A DNA stretch of 64,000 nucleotides from Candidatus Acidiferrales bacterium. Its GTDB lineage: Bacteria; Chloroflexota; Dormibacteria; Dormibacterales; Dormibacteraceae. The translations under genes and the position numbers were made by a program. The notes beneath the pieces are model-generated. The model had not been told where the DNA came from. It did not search any database and saw only the letters and a program-made list of their open reading frames with translations. Position 1 is the stretch's first letter. Each line of letters opens with the position of its first letter. Below are positions 52,117 through 62,723 of this stretch, piece by piece. The DNA lies in NCBI GenBank assembly GCA_035532785.1, contig DATKQJ010000027.1, positions 1,886 through 65,885 on the forward strand. The letters run 5' to 3'.

Positions 52117-53670
52117 ATGCGAGTCAAAGCCCAGGTCGGCATGGTCATGAACCTCGACAAGTGCATCGGCTGCCACACCTGCAGCGTCACCTGCAAGCAG
52201 GTCTGGACCAATCGGCCGGGGACCGAATACGTCTGGTTCAACAACGTCGAGACCAAGCCCGGACTCGGCTACCCGCGCCTCTGGGAGGACAACGAGCGCT
52301 GGCGCGGGGGCTGGGAACTCGACAAGAAGGGCCGGCTGCGGCTCCGGGCCGGTGGCCAGCTGCACAAGCTTCTCAAGATCTTCTGGAATCCAGAGCTGCC
52401 CGGCCTCGACGATTACTACGAACCGTGGACCTACGACTACGAGAATCTGATCACAGCGCCGCTCTCCGAGCGAGACCCGGTCGTCCGCCCCCATTCCCAA
52501 CTGACCGGCAGGCAAATGGACCTGAAGCAGGGGCCGAACTGGGACGACGACCTGGCCGGGGCACCCGAGACGGCCGGGCAGGACCCCGATCTGATCGGCA
52601 TCCAAGAACACGTGAAACTCGCCTACGAGCAGGCTTTCATGTTCTACCTGCCCCGCATCTGCGAGCACTGCCTGAACCCCTCCTGTGTGGCTTCCTGCCC
52701 CTCGGGGGCCATGTACAAGCGCGAAGAAGATGGGATAGTGCTGGTCGATCAGGACAAGTGCCGAGGCTGGCGATTCTGCGTCAGCGGCTGTCCCTACAAG
52801 AAGGTCTACTTCAACCACAAGACGGGCAAGGCCGAGAAATGCACCCTCTGCTACCCGCGCATCGAGGCCGGGCTGCCCACCATCTGCTCGGAGACGTGCG
52901 TGGGCCGGATCCGCTACCTGGGCCTGGTCCTCTACGACGCCGACCGGGTGCTGGAGGCGGCCTCCACCCCCAACGAGAAGGACCTGCTGGATGCCCAGCG
53001 GAGCGTGTTCTTGGACCCCGAGGACCCGGACGTGAGGGCCCAGGCCAGTCGCGACGGCATTCCCGATGACTGGATCGAGCACGCGCGACGCTCACCGGTC
53101 TACGCACTGGCCATGCGCTATCGCGTTGCCCTGCCCCTGCACCCCGAATACCGGACCCTACCCATGGTTTGGTACGTGCCGCCGCTCTCGCCGGTGGTGA
53201 ACATGCTGGAGGGGGACGGCTATGAGGCCGATCCGGACGAGGTCTTTCCCGCCATCGACATGATGCGAATCCCGGTCGGGTATCTGGCCAACCTGCTCGC
53301 AGCCGGCGACGGCAAGGTCGTCACCTCCGTGCTCCGCCGGCTGGCGGCGATGCGCTCGTACATGCGCAAGCGGCAGGTTCTGGACGTCTCGGACTTCGAG
53401 GTCGCCCACGCCGTCGACATGGCCCCGTCCGAGCTCGAGGACATGTACCGCCTGCTGGCCATCGCCAAGTACGAGGACCGCTACGTGATCCCCAAGGCGC
53501 ACACCGAATTGGCTCAGCGGCTCTCCGAGTTGCAGGGCGCCTGCGGTCTCGACTTCGAGGGCGGTCCGGGCAATTGCGGCGCCCTACCGCGACCAGCCAA
53601 GTCTCTGAACGAAAACTTCATGCTGACTCGTCGGCTCCCGGTCGTCCGGCCAGACGGGGTCGGCGAATGA
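52117..53670 (+). CDS. narH: respiratory nitrate reductase beta subunit
   Basis: Four Cys clusters (CIGCHTCSVTCK, CEHCLNPSCVASCPSGA, CRGWRFCVSGCPY, CTLCYPRIEAG). It starts immediately after the narG stop. Confidence 0.97.
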   Translation: MRVKAQVGMVMNLDKCIGCHTCSVTCKQVWTNRPGTEYVWFNNVETKPGLGYPRLWEDNERWRGGWELDKKGRLRLRAGGQLHKLLKIFWNPELPGLDDYYEPWTYDYENLITAPLSERDPVVRPHSQLTGRQMDLKQGPNWDDDLAGAPETAGQDPDLIGIQEHVKLAYEQAFMFYLPRICEHCLNPSCVASCPSGAMYKREEDGIVLVDQDKCRGWRFCVSGCPYKKVYFNHKTGKAEKCTLCYPRIEAGLPTICSETCVGRIRYLGLVLYDADRVLEAASTPNEKDLLDAQRSVFLDPEDPDVRAQASRDGIPDDWIEHARRSPVYALAMRYRVALPLHPEYRTLPMVWYVPPLSPVVNMLEGDGYEADPDEVFPAIDMMRIPVGYLANLLAAGDGKVVTSVLRRLAAMRSYMRKRQVLDVSDFEVAHAVDMAPSELEDMYRLLAIAKYEDRYVIPKAHTELAQRLSELQGACGLDFEGGPGNCGALPRPAKSLNENFMLTRRLPVVRPDGVGE

Positions 53671-54308
53671 GGTGGCCGAGGGGCCGCCCCAAGCCGCCGT
53701 ACAAGCTGCTCTCGCTGCTGCTGCAATACCCTAGCGAGGAGATTCTGGAAGAGCGCACGGAGCTGGCGGAAGCCATCGCTGAGCTGCCGGCCTCGCCCGC
53801 TCGCGCGGCGCTGGAGCGCTTCTTCGCCCACTTTGGGGCGCTCCCGGCAGTGGAACTGCAGCAGGAATATGTGGCCACCTTCGACCTCCAGAAGCGCTCC
53901 AGCCTTTACCTTTCCTTCTACACCGAGGGGGATACCCGCAAGCGCGGCATGGCCCTGCTCCGGCTCAAGCACATCTATGGCGCTGCCGGCCTCCGCCTCG
54001 GCGGACGCGAGCTCCCCGACTACCTACCGGTGATGCTGGAGTTCGCGGAAATGGCGCCTGAGGGCCTAGGCGGCCGCATCCTGGCCGAGCATCGAACCGG
54101 GCTGGAGGTGCTGAGGTTGCACCTTCGGGAGTCCGAGAGCGCGTATGTGCACCTGCTGGAGGCGATCTGCATGGGACTGCCTCGGCTCCGCCTGGCCGAG
54201 CTGGAAAAGGCCAGGTCACTGCTCCAAGAAGGACCGCCGGACGAGCAGGTGGGTCTGCAGCCGTTCGCGCCGCCGGAGGTGATGCCGGCCATGGAAGCCC
54301 GGCGGTGA
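53667..54308 (+). CDS. narJ: nitrate reductase molybdenum cofactor assembly chaperone
   Basis: ATGA overlap with the narH stop. LLSLLLQYPSEE...QQEYVATFDLQKRSSLYLSFYTEGDTRKRG...LPDYLPVMLEF is the NarJ/TorD-like pattern. Confidence 0.9.
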   Translation: MRWPRGRPKPPYKLLSLLLQYPSEEILEERTELAEAIAELPASPARAALERFFAHFGALPAVELQQEYVATFDLQKRSSLYLSFYTEGDTRKRGMALLRLKHIYGAAGLRLGGRELPDYLPVMLEFAEMAPEGLGGRILAEHRTGLEVLRLHLRESESAYVHLLEAICMGLPRLRLAELEKARSLLQEGPPDEQVGLQPFAPPEVMPAMEARR

Positions 54309-55000
54309 GACTCGGCAGCACCTTCCTGTGGGTGGTCCTGCCCTACGCGGCGATGGTGCTCTTCGTGGCCGGCCACATTTGGCGATACCGACACGACAAA
54401 TTCGGTTGGACCTCGCGCTCGACCCAGATCCTGGAGAGCAGATGGCTGGCTTGGGGCAGCAATCTCTTCCACTATGGGGCGCTGGCGGCGATCGGCGGGC
54501 ACATCCTCGGCATGCTGGTTCCCAATTGGCTCACCGCGGCCGTCGGCGTCACCGAGTCGGACTACCACCTCGTCTCCGCCGGCGCGGGCACCGTGGCGGG
54601 GATCGCGTGCGTGGCCGGCTTGGTCATCCTGGCCCTCCGCCGGGCCTACTTCCCCCGCGTCCGCCGGACCACCTCCCCGACCGACCTGGCGGTCTACGTC
54701 CTGCTCGCCCTGGTGATCGGACTGGGCATGGGCGAGACGCTGATCGTCAACACCCTCGGCGGCGGCTATGACTACCGCTCCTCGGTGGCGATCTGGTTTC
54801 GTGGACTCCTGCTGCTTGACCCCAGAGCCGACCTGATGGCCTCAGCCCCGCTCGTCTATCAGGTCCACGCAACGGCCGCCTGGCTCCTCTACGCGCTCTG
54901 GCCGTTCAGCCGCCTCGTTCACGTCTGGAGCCTGCCCTGGCAATACGTGGGGCGACCCTACATCCTCTATCGCCGCCGCTACGCCAGCTCCCCGCGATGA
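54305..55000 (+). CDS. narI: respiratory nitrate reductase gamma subunit (di-heme b)
   Basis: GTGA overlap with narJ. Five TM helices with conserved His residues (VAGHIWRY, FHYGALAAIGGHILG, VYQVHATAAWLLYALWPFSRLVHVWS). Confidence 0.95.
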   Translation: MRLGSTFLWVVLPYAAMVLFVAGHIWRYRHDKFGWTSRSTQILESRWLAWGSNLFHYGALAAIGGHILGMLVPNWLTAAVGVTESDYHLVSAGAGTVAGIACVAGLVILALRRAYFPRVRRTTSPTDLAVYVLLALVIGLGMGETLIVNTLGGGYDYRSSVAIWFRGLLLLDPRADLMASAPLVYQVHATAAWLLYALWPFSRLVHVWSLPWQYVGRPYILYRRRYASSPR

Positions 55001-55230
55001 GCGGCCCACCCATCCATCCGGGCCTGGAGTTGGTCTTGGAGCTGGTCCGGGGCGCGGCTCAGGACCAGCCCTGCCCCAGCTGCCAGCAGAGCCTGGTCGG
55101 GTGTCAACTGAGCCTTGGCGAGGCCGACCTCGATCACGTGCGTGCGGAGGTGACCTGCCCCGCTTGTCAGGCCACCTTCACGCTCGACGTCAGCCCTTCC
55201 ACCGACGGAGGGGTCGCCAGGCTGGGTTGA
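54997..55230 (+). CDS. small zinc-ribbon-like protein (77 aa) translationally coupled to narI
   Basis: ATGA overlap with the narI stop. Two CPxCQ motifs (CPSCQQ ... CPACQA) lie 26 residues apart. Third codon positions are G/C-rich like neighbouring genes. No family recognised. Confidence 0.45.
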   Translation: MSGPPIHPGLELVLELVRGAAQDQPCPSCQQSLVGCQLSLGEADLDHVRAEVTCPACQATFTLDVSPSTDGGVARLG

Positions 55231-55297
55231 GGGTCGCCGCCGGCGTGCGCGGGCGGTCGAGGTGTCAGCAGGTGTCAAAACTCCGGCCTCGCCAACC

Positions 55298-56695
55298 CTA
55301 TCCGTCGTCGGTTGGGGGTGCGCGCTCGGCCGACGCCGAGCCCCCGGCGCCCAGGATGAAGCGGACCGGGCGGTCGTAGAAGAAGTAGTCCCAGGACCAG
55401 TTGACCAGCACCAGGAACTTGCTCCTGAGGCTCAGGATGAGCAGCAGGTGGACCCCCAACCAGGCCAGCCAGCCCACGAATCCGCGCAGATGGAGACCCC
55501 CTATTTGCGCCACCCCGGCGTTGCGGCCGATCGTCGCCATGATGCCCTTGTCGCGGTATCGAAAGGGCGTCGGCTGGCCCCCTCGGACCAGGGCCCGGAT
55601 GGACCTGGCTGCACTTTCGGCTTCCTGCATGGCCACCGCCGCCAGCATCGGAAGGTGGCCGCCGCCGGCCTCCACGTCGGCCATATCGCCAATCACGAAG
55701 GCCTCCGGATGCCCCGCCAGTTGAAGAGTCGGCAGCACCTTCACCGTCCCGCCTGGTCCGGCCGGCCCGAGACCCCGGCTCAGCCGCCCAGCCCTCACCC
55801 CAGCCGACCAAACGATGGTCCTGCTCTCGATCCTCCGCCCGTCCGACAAGTCCAGGCCGTGCTCATCGGCCGACTTGGCCAGGGTCCCCAGCCACACTTC
55901 AATCGCACGCTTCTCAAGCGTACGCAGGGCGTATTTGCTGAGATCGGCGGGGAAGGTTGCGAGCAGCCGGTCGCCACCTTCCACCAGGACTATGCGAGCG
56001 TCGCCCGGATCGAGATCCCGACAGTCACGCCGCAGGACCAGGCGGACCAACTCGGAGAGGGCACCGGCGTACTCCACTCCGGTCGGCCCCCCGCCGACGA
56101 TGACGAAGGTCAAGAGCTCGGCGCGCCGGGCGGGATCGCGTTCCCACTGGGCTTGTTCAAATCTTCCGAGCACCCGGTCGCGGATCTCCAGCGCCTGGTC
56201 CAGTTCCTTGAGCGGATAGGATTGGCGCTCCAGCGATAGGCTCCCAAAGAAGTTGCTGACGCTACCCGCGGCCAAGATCAGGTAGTCGTAATCGAGCCGA
56301 CCACGATCGGTCATAACCACCTTGGCGGCGAGGTCGACGCCGGTGGCCGTGGCCAGTCGAAAACCGACGTTGGGAAGGCCTCGCAGCAACGAGCGCACCG
56401 GCTGGGCTATCTCCGAGGGGTCCAGCAAAGCCGACGCCACCTGGTAGAGGAGGGGCGTGAAGAGGTGGTAGTTGTGGCGGTCGAGGACCAGGATGTCGAT
56501 GTCCGACCGAGCCAGTTTGCGCACCGCCGTAAGGCCTGCGAACCCGGCTCCCACCACGACAACCCGGGTCCGACGATCCTCGCTACTCACCCCTGGGCGG
56601 GGGCTGGTCGGCAGCGCCCGCCCCGGGCTGCACGGGGGTTCAAATGGAGGGGGCGAAAACCGCCGCCGCGGCCAGCGGTCATGGCTGGTGCCCAT
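55298..56695 (-). CDS. ndh: type II NADH dehydrogenase (NDH-2), FAD-dependent pyridine nucleotide-disulfide oxidoreductase
   Basis: RVVVVGAGFAGLTAVRKL and FVIVGGGPTGVEYAGAL are dinucleotide folds. The C-terminal amphipathic/membrane segment is WLAWLGVHLLLIL. Start is uncertain: ATG 56695 overlaps the ftsH end and GTG 56590 is the alternative. The track start 56860 is unlikely. Confidence 0.85.
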   Translation of the reverse strand: MGTSHDRWPRRRFSPPPFEPPCSPGRALPTSPRPGVSSEDRRTRVVVVGAGFAGLTAVRKLARSDIDILVLDRHNYHLFTPLLYQVASALLDPSEIAQPVRSLLRGLPNVGFRLATATGVDLAAKVVMTDRGRLDYDYLILAAGSVSNFFGSLSLERQSYPLKELDQALEIRDRVLGRFEQAQWERDPARRAELLTFVIVGGGPTGVEYAGALSELVRLVLRRDCRDLDPGDARIVLVEGGDRLLATFPADLSKYALRTLEKRAIEVWLGTLAKSADEHGLDLSDGRRIESRTIVWSAGVRAGRLSRGLGPAGPGGTVKVLPTLQLAGHPEAFVIGDMADVEAGGGHLPMLAAVAMQEAESAARSIRALVRGGQPTPFRYRDKGIMATIGRNAGVAQIGGLHLRGFVGWLAWLGVHLLLILSLRSKFLVLVNWSWDYFFYDRPVRFILGAGGSASAERAPPTDDG

Positions 56696-58613
56696 CGCCA
56701 GAGCCACCGGCCAGGTGCACGCGGGATGCTCGAGAACCGGCCGCTTCGATCCTCGTCGGATCCGGCAGGCCGGTGACCTCCCGGATCTCCTGTTCACCGA
56801 GTGAATCGTGTTCAAGCAGCGCTCGCACCAGGGCGTCGAGCTTGTCTCGATGCTTTTCAAGCAATCCCCTGGCGCTCGCCGCGCACTCCTCCGCGATCCG
56901 CTTCACCTCGTCGTCGATCAGCTTGGCGGTCGCCTCGCTGTAGGGACGGCGCATGGCGTAGGGCCCGCTCGGACCCTCTTCCCCATAGCTGAGCGGTCCG
57001 ATCTTGGGGCTCATACCCCAGCGCACCACCATCTCGTGGGCAATCTGGGTGACCTGCTGGAGGTCGTTCTCCGCTCCCGTGGTGACGACGCCATAAACCA
57101 GCGACTCCGCCGCTCGCCCCCCCAGCGCGCCCGTGATTCGCGCTCTCAGATAATCCTCGCCGTAGTTGAAGCGGTCGTTGACCGGGCTTTGAAAGGTGAC
57201 GCCGAGGGCCATGCCGCGGGGCACGATGGTGACCTTGCGGACCGGATCGGCACCGGGCACCAGCAGGCCCAGGAGGGCATGTCCCGACTCGTGGTAGGCG
57301 ATCCGCTCCCGGTCCCCCGGGCCCAGCATCACTTTTCGCTCACTGCCCAGGAGGGTCTTCTCGATGGCATCCGAAAAGTCCACCATGGAGACCGAGGTCT
57401 CGCCCTTGCGAGCGGCCGCGAGTGCCGCCTCGTTGACCAGATTGCGGAGATCCGCTCCGACCAGGCCCGGGGTCTGACCGGCCACCGCGTCGAGGTCGAC
57501 ACCGCTCGCCAGGGGCACGCCTCGGGTGTGAATCCCCAGGATCGCGGCCCGACCGCGCCGGTCAGGTGGCAGCACCGTGACCCGACGGTCGAAGCGACCG
57601 GGGCGGAGCAGCGCCGAGTCGAGCACGTCGACGCGGTTGGTCGCTGCCAGCACGATGACGCCCTCGCGCGAATCGAAGCCGTCCATCTCGGTCAGCACCT
57701 GATTCAGGGTCTGTTCCTGCTCATCGTGACCGCCGATCCGCACGTTGCCGCCCCGGCTGCGACCGATGGCGTCAAGCTCGTCGATGAAGACGATGGCTGG
57801 CGCCGCCTGCCGTGCCTTGACAAAGAGATCGCGCACGCGCGAAGCTCCGACGCCGACGATGGCCTCGATGAATTCCGAAGCCGAGATGCTGAAGAAGGGA
57901 ACGCCCGCCTCCCCCGCGACCGCCCGCGAGAGCAGCGTTTTGCCGGTCCCTGGCGGCCCGATAAGCAGCACCCCCTTGGGCACCCGGCCGCCCAGCCGCT
58001 GATATTTCTGGGGCTCTTTGAGGAAATCGACCACCTCCTGCAATTCCTGCTTGACCTCGTCGATGCCGGCCACGTCGGCAAAGGTGGTCCCCGGTTGCTC
58101 GGCGTCGTAGAGTCGAGCCTTGCTCTGTCCGAAGCCCCCCAACAGGCCTCCGGCCCCGCCGGCCATGCGGCGACTGAAGTAAAGGAATGCGCCCACGATC
58201 AGGAGAGCGGGCCCGAGACTGAAGAGCACGGTTTCCCAAAACGGCTGGGGCGGATTGGGGGGATTGGCGTTGATGGTCACGCGATGCTTCTCCAGCAGCG
58301 CTTCCAGTCCTGCATCGGCAAAAGACGGGCGCTGCGTGGAGAAGTGGGTGGCCGTGTCTTTGCTTCCCGATGAAGCACCGACCGCCTTCCGGGTGGTCCC
58401 GATGATCGACTCCCCCGTGCTGGTGATACTGGTCACGTTGTCCGCGGACACCTGCTGTTTGAAGACGTTGTAGGGGATGACGACGGACTTCGTTTGACGG
58501 CTGGACGAGAGCGCGTTGCTGATGATGACGTTGCCCACGACGAGAACCACGAGAACGATCCAGAACCGCGGCGAACTCATCTGCCACAGCGACCCGCCCG
58601 GTCCCTTCGGCAT
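56679..58613 (-). CDS. ftsH: ATP-dependent zinc metalloprotease FtsH
   Basis: TM1 [19 protein letters not shown], Walker [14 protein letters not shown], Walker [15 protein letters not shown] region, and zinc motif AYHESGHAL (HExxH). Start is uncertain (TTG 58667, ATG 58613 or 58580). Confidence 0.95.
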   Translation of the reverse strand: MPKGPGGSLWQMSSPRFWIVLVVLVVGNVIISNALSSSRQTKSVVIPYNVFKQQVSADNVTSITSTGESIIGTTRKAVGASSGSKDTATHFSTQRPSFADAGLEALLEKHRVTINANPPNPPQPFWETVLFSLGPALLIVGAFLYFSRRMAGGAGGLLGGFGQSKARLYDAEQPGTTFADVAGIDEVKQELQEVVDFLKEPQKYQRLGGRVPKGVLLIGPPGTGKTLLSRAVAGEAGVPFFSISASEFIEAIVGVGASRVRDLFVKARQAAPAIVFIDELDAIGRSRGGNVRIGGHDEQEQTLNQVLTEMDGFDSREGVIVLAATNRVDVLDSALLRPGRFDRRVTVLPPDRRGRAAILGIHTRGVPLASGVDLDAVAGQTPGLVGADLRNLVNEAALAAARKGETSVSMVDFSDAIEKTLLGSERKVMLGPGDRERIAYHESGHALLGLLVPGADPVRKVTIVPRGMALGVTFQSPVNDRFNYGEDYLRARITGALGGRAAESLVYGVVTTGAENDLQQVTQIAHEMVVRWGMSPKIGPLSYGEEGPSGPYAMRRPYSEATAKLIDDEVKRIAEECAASARGLLEKHRDKLDALVRALLEHDSLGEQEIREVTGLPDPTRIEAAGSRASRVHLAGGSGDGHQP

Positions 58614-58804
58614 CCCGTTGCCGCGTTTCGGTGAGTTGGTCGCTATTGCTCCCCTCCCCGCGTGCAACCCTCCTGGCGCTGCCTCGGCAACCCGCCTACC
58701 CTCCGATCGATGCCGGAGCGGACAACCTCCCCCACCGCTTCCAATGCGCTGATCATGGCCTACTCGATCGAGCGACGACGACTGCCGATGGTGGCTGCCG
58801 CGCG

Positions 58805-58831
58805 GCCCGGTACAGCCCGGTACAGCCCGGT
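58805..58831. repeat. short tandem decamer repeat (CCCGGTACAG) x ~2.7
   Basis: cccggtacag cccggtacag cccggtc, read directly. It lies in the intergenic region upstream of ftsH. Confidence 0.8.
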
Positions 58832-58857
58832 CTGGTGCTCACGCACTGCGAGCATGA

Positions 58858-59265
58858 TCATTCAGAGCTGCGTCCACCCGTGCCCCCGATGACCAGGAGA
58901 AGGGCGCTCTCTTCGATCGCCTCGACGTCGTGCGGAAGACCGGCATCGATCGCCATCAGGCCTCCACGCCGAAGCTCGAGCGTGCGTTCGCCGACTCCCA
59001 GGCGCAAGCTCCCCTCCAGAGCTTGCAGCACAATGGGGCCGTGAGCCCGATGTTGGTGCATGTGCCCTTGGGCCCTTAGGGCGATGAGCACCACGCGCAG
59101 GTCCTCTTCGTTGACAAGCGTCATGGCGGCGTGGTCGGCTCCGCCATAGGCCGCGCCAGCCCGGATCTCGGCCAACTCTTTGAAGAGGTCAAGTTCGATG
59201 ATTGGGGCTGAAAACTTGGTGGCGTATCGCTCTGGGGATGGCTGGGCTGGTTCCATGAGTGCCAT
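58858..59265 (-). CDS. cupin domain protein (135 aa)
   Basis: VVLIALRAQGHMHQHRAHGPIVLQALEGSLRLGVGERTLELRRGGLMAIDAGLPHDVEA shows cupin motifs with His ligands. Confidence 0.7.
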   Translation of the reverse strand: MALMEPAQPSPERYATKFSAPIIELDLFKELAEIRAGAAYGGADHAAMTLVNEEDLRVVLIALRAQGHMHQHRAHGPIVLQALEGSLRLGVGERTLELRRGGLMAIDAGLPHDVEAIEESALLLVIGGTGGRSSE

Positions 59266-59733
59266 GTTATCCGGAAAGCTACCAGGACTAGCGGGTGGTT
59301 CGATCTGCCCTGGTCAGCCGACGGCGGCCAGACGGTCCGCCCACGCTCTTCCCTGGCGTAACCAACGGGCGCGCCCCGAACCGCTCAACACCAGGACTTC
59401 CGTTGATCGCGTACGTTCCTTCGGCCTTTAACTCAGCCAGCGGATTGATCGCGCTCTACGAACTCATGCACGGCCGGCTCGGTCCCGCGCTTCCGGGCTG
59501 CCTGTGAAAGCGCCCACACGGTTCCGCCCGCAGCCCACTTTTTAGCCTGCGCCTGATCACGCCTCGACCAACGCCGGATTCTCTGCTCCCGGGCGGTATG
59601 GCTCAACGTACCCCGGCCGAGCACGGACAGGGACGCGGGTGAAGATCGCCGGCTGGGGATTGGCGAGCGCCCGCAACCGGCCGATGCGCCCGGATTCGGC
59701 GAGCACCACCGGGGCGCGATTAGGGCACCGCGG

Positions 59734-60030
59734 TCAGCCGCCGGCCATAGCCCCCACGATCATGAACGGCTCAGAGCCCATGGCGACCGCGTCAGGAAGT
59801 GGGGCGTCCGGCGGCTCATCGGACAAGTCCTGCTCGCAGGCGAAGAATCTCAACAGCGGCCGGCGCCGGAGGGTGACGCGATCGCGAATCGTTCCTTGTA
59901 GCACCGGGTAGGTGGCCTCCAGGGCGTCGAGAATGGCCCGCTGCGTGACGGGACCCTCAACTTGGACCTCCACCTCCTTACCGACCTTGGCCAGCGTCCG
60001 CAGGTGAGGCGGAAAGACGACGCGAATCAC
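59734..60030 (-). CDS. MoaD/ThiS family ubiquitin-like protein (C-terminal Gly-Gly)
   Basis: 98 aa ending ...[11 protein letters not shown] beta-grasp-like pattern. GTG start in a GTGA overlap with the upstream propeller gene. Confidence 0.75.
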   Translation of the reverse strand: MIRVVFPPHLRTLAKVGKEVEVQVEGPVTQRAILDALEATYPVLQGTIRDRVTLRRRPLLRFFACEQDLSDEPPDAPLPDAVAMGSEPFMIVGAMAGG

Positions 60031-61142
60031 GGCAGTGTTTGCACCTCCACCGATAGGACCGCGGGGAGGTCGCGAACGATCGGGGCCCAGCTGTCACCCG
60101 AGTCGGCCGAACCGTACACCTGCCCGCCGGTGGTCCCGAAGTAGACGCCGCACGAGTCGAGAGAATCTATTGCCATCGCATCGCGCAGCACGTTGACGTA
60201 ACAGTCGTGCTGGGGCAGACCGTTGGTCAGCGCCTCCCATTCAATGCCACCGGTTCGGCTGCGGTAGACGATGAGTTTGCCATCCAGCGGAAAATGTTGG
60301 GAATCGCTCTTGATTGGAACCACGTAAATCGTGTCCGGTTCGTGAGCGTGGACGTCGATCACGAAACCAAAGTCGGTCGGAAGATTGCCGCTGACCTCCT
60401 GCCAGGAATCGCCCGAGTCGTCGCTGCGCATGACGTCCCAATGCTTCTGCATGAAGAGCACGTTCGGACGCGACGGGTGCATCGAGATGCGGTGAACGCA
60501 ATGCCCCACCTCGGCGTCGGGGTCGGGAATCCCCTCCGAGCGCAGCCCGCGATTGATGGCTCGCCAGTTCTGACCCGCATCATCGCTCCGGAATACTCCC
60601 GCCGCCGATATGGCGACAAACATCCGACCCGCGTTGCTCGGGTCCAGCACAAGGGTGTGCAGGCACAGGCCGCCCGCACCCGGTTGCCAGGATGGCGCCG
60701 TTGAATGGGTTCGGAGCCCGGCCAACTCCTGCCAGGAGTTTGCGCCGTCAGTGGAGCGGAAGAGGGCGGCGTCCTCGACCCCGGCGTAGACCGTGTCCAG
60801 ATCGGTCAGCGACGGTTCAAGGTGCCAGACACGCGCAAATTCCCATGGATGCGGGGAGCCGTCATACCACTTGTGCTGCCCGGGCACACCGTCATACTGA
60901 AACTCGTTACCCACCGCCGCCCAACTCGCTCCGCCATCGTCCGAGCGCTGCAAGATCTGTCCGAACCAGTTGGTGGTCTGCGAGGCATAGAGCCGATTCG
61001 GGTCAATCGGCGAACCCTTGAGATGGTAGACCTCCCAGCCCGGGAAGTGTGGCCCGGTGACTTCCCAACGAGCCCGCCTCTCGTCCGACGTCAACACAAA
61101 CGCACCCTTCCGTGTGCCCACCAGGACCCGGACTTGGCTCAT
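60027..61142 (-). CDS. BNR/Asp-box repeat beta-propeller protein (Ycf48/sialidase-like fold)
   Basis: ATG 61142 gives [28 protein letters not shown]. Repeated S-x-D-x-G-x-x-W Asp-boxes: [44 protein letters not shown]. Confidence 0.75.
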   Translation of the reverse strand: MSQVRVLVGTRKGAFVLTSDERRARWEVTGPHFPGWEVYHLKGSPIDPNRLYASQTTNWFGQILQRSDDGGASWAAVGNEFQYDGVPGQHKWYDGSPHPWEFARVWHLEPSLTDLDTVYAGVEDAALFRSTDGANSWQELAGLRTHSTAPSWQPGAGGLCLHTLVLDPSNAGRMFVAISAAGVFRSDDAGQNWRAINRGLRSEGIPDPDAEVGHCVHRISMHPSRPNVLFMQKHWDVMRSDDSGDSWQEVSGNLPTDFGFVIDVHAHEPDTIYVVPIKSDSQHFPLDGKLIVYRSRTGGIEWEALTNGLPQHDCYVNVLRDAMAIDSLDSCGVYFGTTGGQVYGSADSGDSWAPIVRDLPAVLSVEVQTLP

Positions 61143-61639
61143 TTTTTCAATCCCCTTCCGACTGCTATGAGGGAGGCCTAGCCTCCGCTCCAAGGCCGCG
61201 AATGATGCATTCTAAGCGGCCAAGCGCCGTCTGTACCAGCCATTTGGCCGTGGCCGGCACTCGTTGTAAGGCCGCCGCAGCCTCCCCCGTTCGGGATCGG
61301 GATCGGGGATGGGCAGAGCAGCATATCGAGACTCGGATCAGTCCGGCCGCATCGATCGGGGTCCGACTCCTGGTCCCCGAAATCGCCCCTCAACGGGGCG
61401 TCCCAAAGCCCCCAAGGGGAGCTCCAAAAGCACCCATCGGCCCAGGGGCGCGGGGATCACCGCCAGGCTGGGCGTCACCCGGGCCAGCGCCAGGCACGCG
61501 GCTCGGTAGTGAATTCCAGTCCCCAGGCTGGCCCAGTGTGCCTCGAGCTGGTAGTCATTCTTTGATGACGTCATGGTGGGCGGCCCAAACTCGGGGTGCC
61601 ACCGCAGGTGTCTAAGGACGCGCGCGTAGGTCCGAGGTT

Positions 61640-62683
61640 TTGGCGGCTCCATATAATCGAGCGGTGCCTGGACTCGGCGCATCATCCGAGGACGCTCAGC
61701 GGGTGAGCGAAGAGCTTTGCCTGGAGCCGGACCTGGAGGTCGTGCGCCGGGTTACCGAGGCCATCCTGGCCAACGTGGGTCGCGCCATCGTCGGCAAGCA
61801 GGAGGAGATCAAGCTCTGCCTGATCGCCCTGCTCTGTCACGGACATCTTCTGATCGAGGACGTGCCCGGAGTGGGCAAGACCATGCTCGCCAAGTCCCTG
61901 GCCCGCTCCTTTGACTGCACCTTCCGCCGCATCCAGTTCACCCCTGACCTCCTGCCCTCGGACGTCACCGGCGTTCGTGTCTTTAACCAGAAGTCGGGGG
62001 AGTTCGAGTTTCGGCCCGGTCCCGTGTTTGCCCAGGTTCTGCTGGCCGACGAGATCAACCGGGCCACGCCAAAGACCCAGTCGGCCCTTTTGGAGGCGAT
62101 GGAGGAGCGTCAGGCCACCATCGACGGCGAGACCTACGAGTTACCTCGGCCCTTCCTGGTCATGGCCACCCAGAACCCGATCGAATACGCGGGCACCTTC
62201 CCTCTCCCCGAGGCCCAGCTCGACCGCTTCATGATGAAGGTGCGCCTCGGATACCTGGACGTGAAGCAGGAGGCGGCACTGCTCGGGCAGCAGAAGGTGG
62301 AGTCCCCCATGAACGAACTCAAGCCGGTGGTGTCGCCCAGCGAACTGGCCGCCGCCCAGCGCGCTGTTGCGCGGACGTTCGTCAAGGAGGAGCTCAAGGA
62401 ATACACCGCCCGACTGGTCCAGCGGACGCGGAGCCACGCCGATGTTGCCCTCGGAGCAAGCACCCGCGGCACCCTCAACCTCTTCCGGGCGGCCCAGGCA
62501 CGAGCCGCCATCGAGGGCCGAGGATATGTGGTCCCCGATGACATCAAGGGTCTGGCCGCCTGCATCCTCGCCCATCGGCTCATCCTCCGCCCCAACTCCG
62601 AGGTCCTGGGACAGACGTCGACCAAACTCATCGCGCAGCTGCTGGAACGAGAGCGCGTGCCCCAGATCGCCTACGATGGCTGA
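61640..62683 (+). CDS. MoxR-family AAA+ ATPase
   Basis: [23 protein letters not shown] (Walker A), [24 protein letters not shown] (Walker B/sensor), [11 protein letters not shown]. Start is uncertain (TTG 61640). Confidence 0.9.
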   Translation: MAAPYNRAVPGLGASSEDAQRVSEELCLEPDLEVVRRVTEAILANVGRAIVGKQEEIKLCLIALLCHGHLLIEDVPGVGKTMLAKSLARSFDCTFRRIQFTPDLLPSDVTGVRVFNQKSGEFEFRPGPVFAQVLLADEINRATPKTQSALLEAMEERQATIDGETYELPRPFLVMATQNPIEYAGTFPLPEAQLDRFMMKVRLGYLDVKQEAALLGQQKVESPMNELKPVVSPSELAAAQRAVARTFVKEELKEYTARLVQRTRSHADVALGASTRGTLNLFRAAQARAAIEGRGYVVPDDIKGLAACILAHRLILRPNSEVLGQTSTKLIAQLLERERVPQIAYDG

Positions 62684-62723
62684 CCGCATCCCTCCCCACC
62701 CCAGCGCCGATCGCTGAACGCCA

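Noticed and set aside
51586-53082. 498-aa minus-strand ORF
   Set aside because: It is antisense to narG and narH, which are unambiguous.
56808-58373. 521-aa plus-strand ORF
   Set aside because: It is antisense to ftsH (Walker A/B and HExxH are present on the minus strand).
59433-59624. 63-aa basic minus-strand ORF between the cupin and MoaD-like genes
   Set aside because: No recognisable motif, an Arg/Ala/Gln-rich composition and no convincing RBS. It could be real but cannot be supported from sequence alone.
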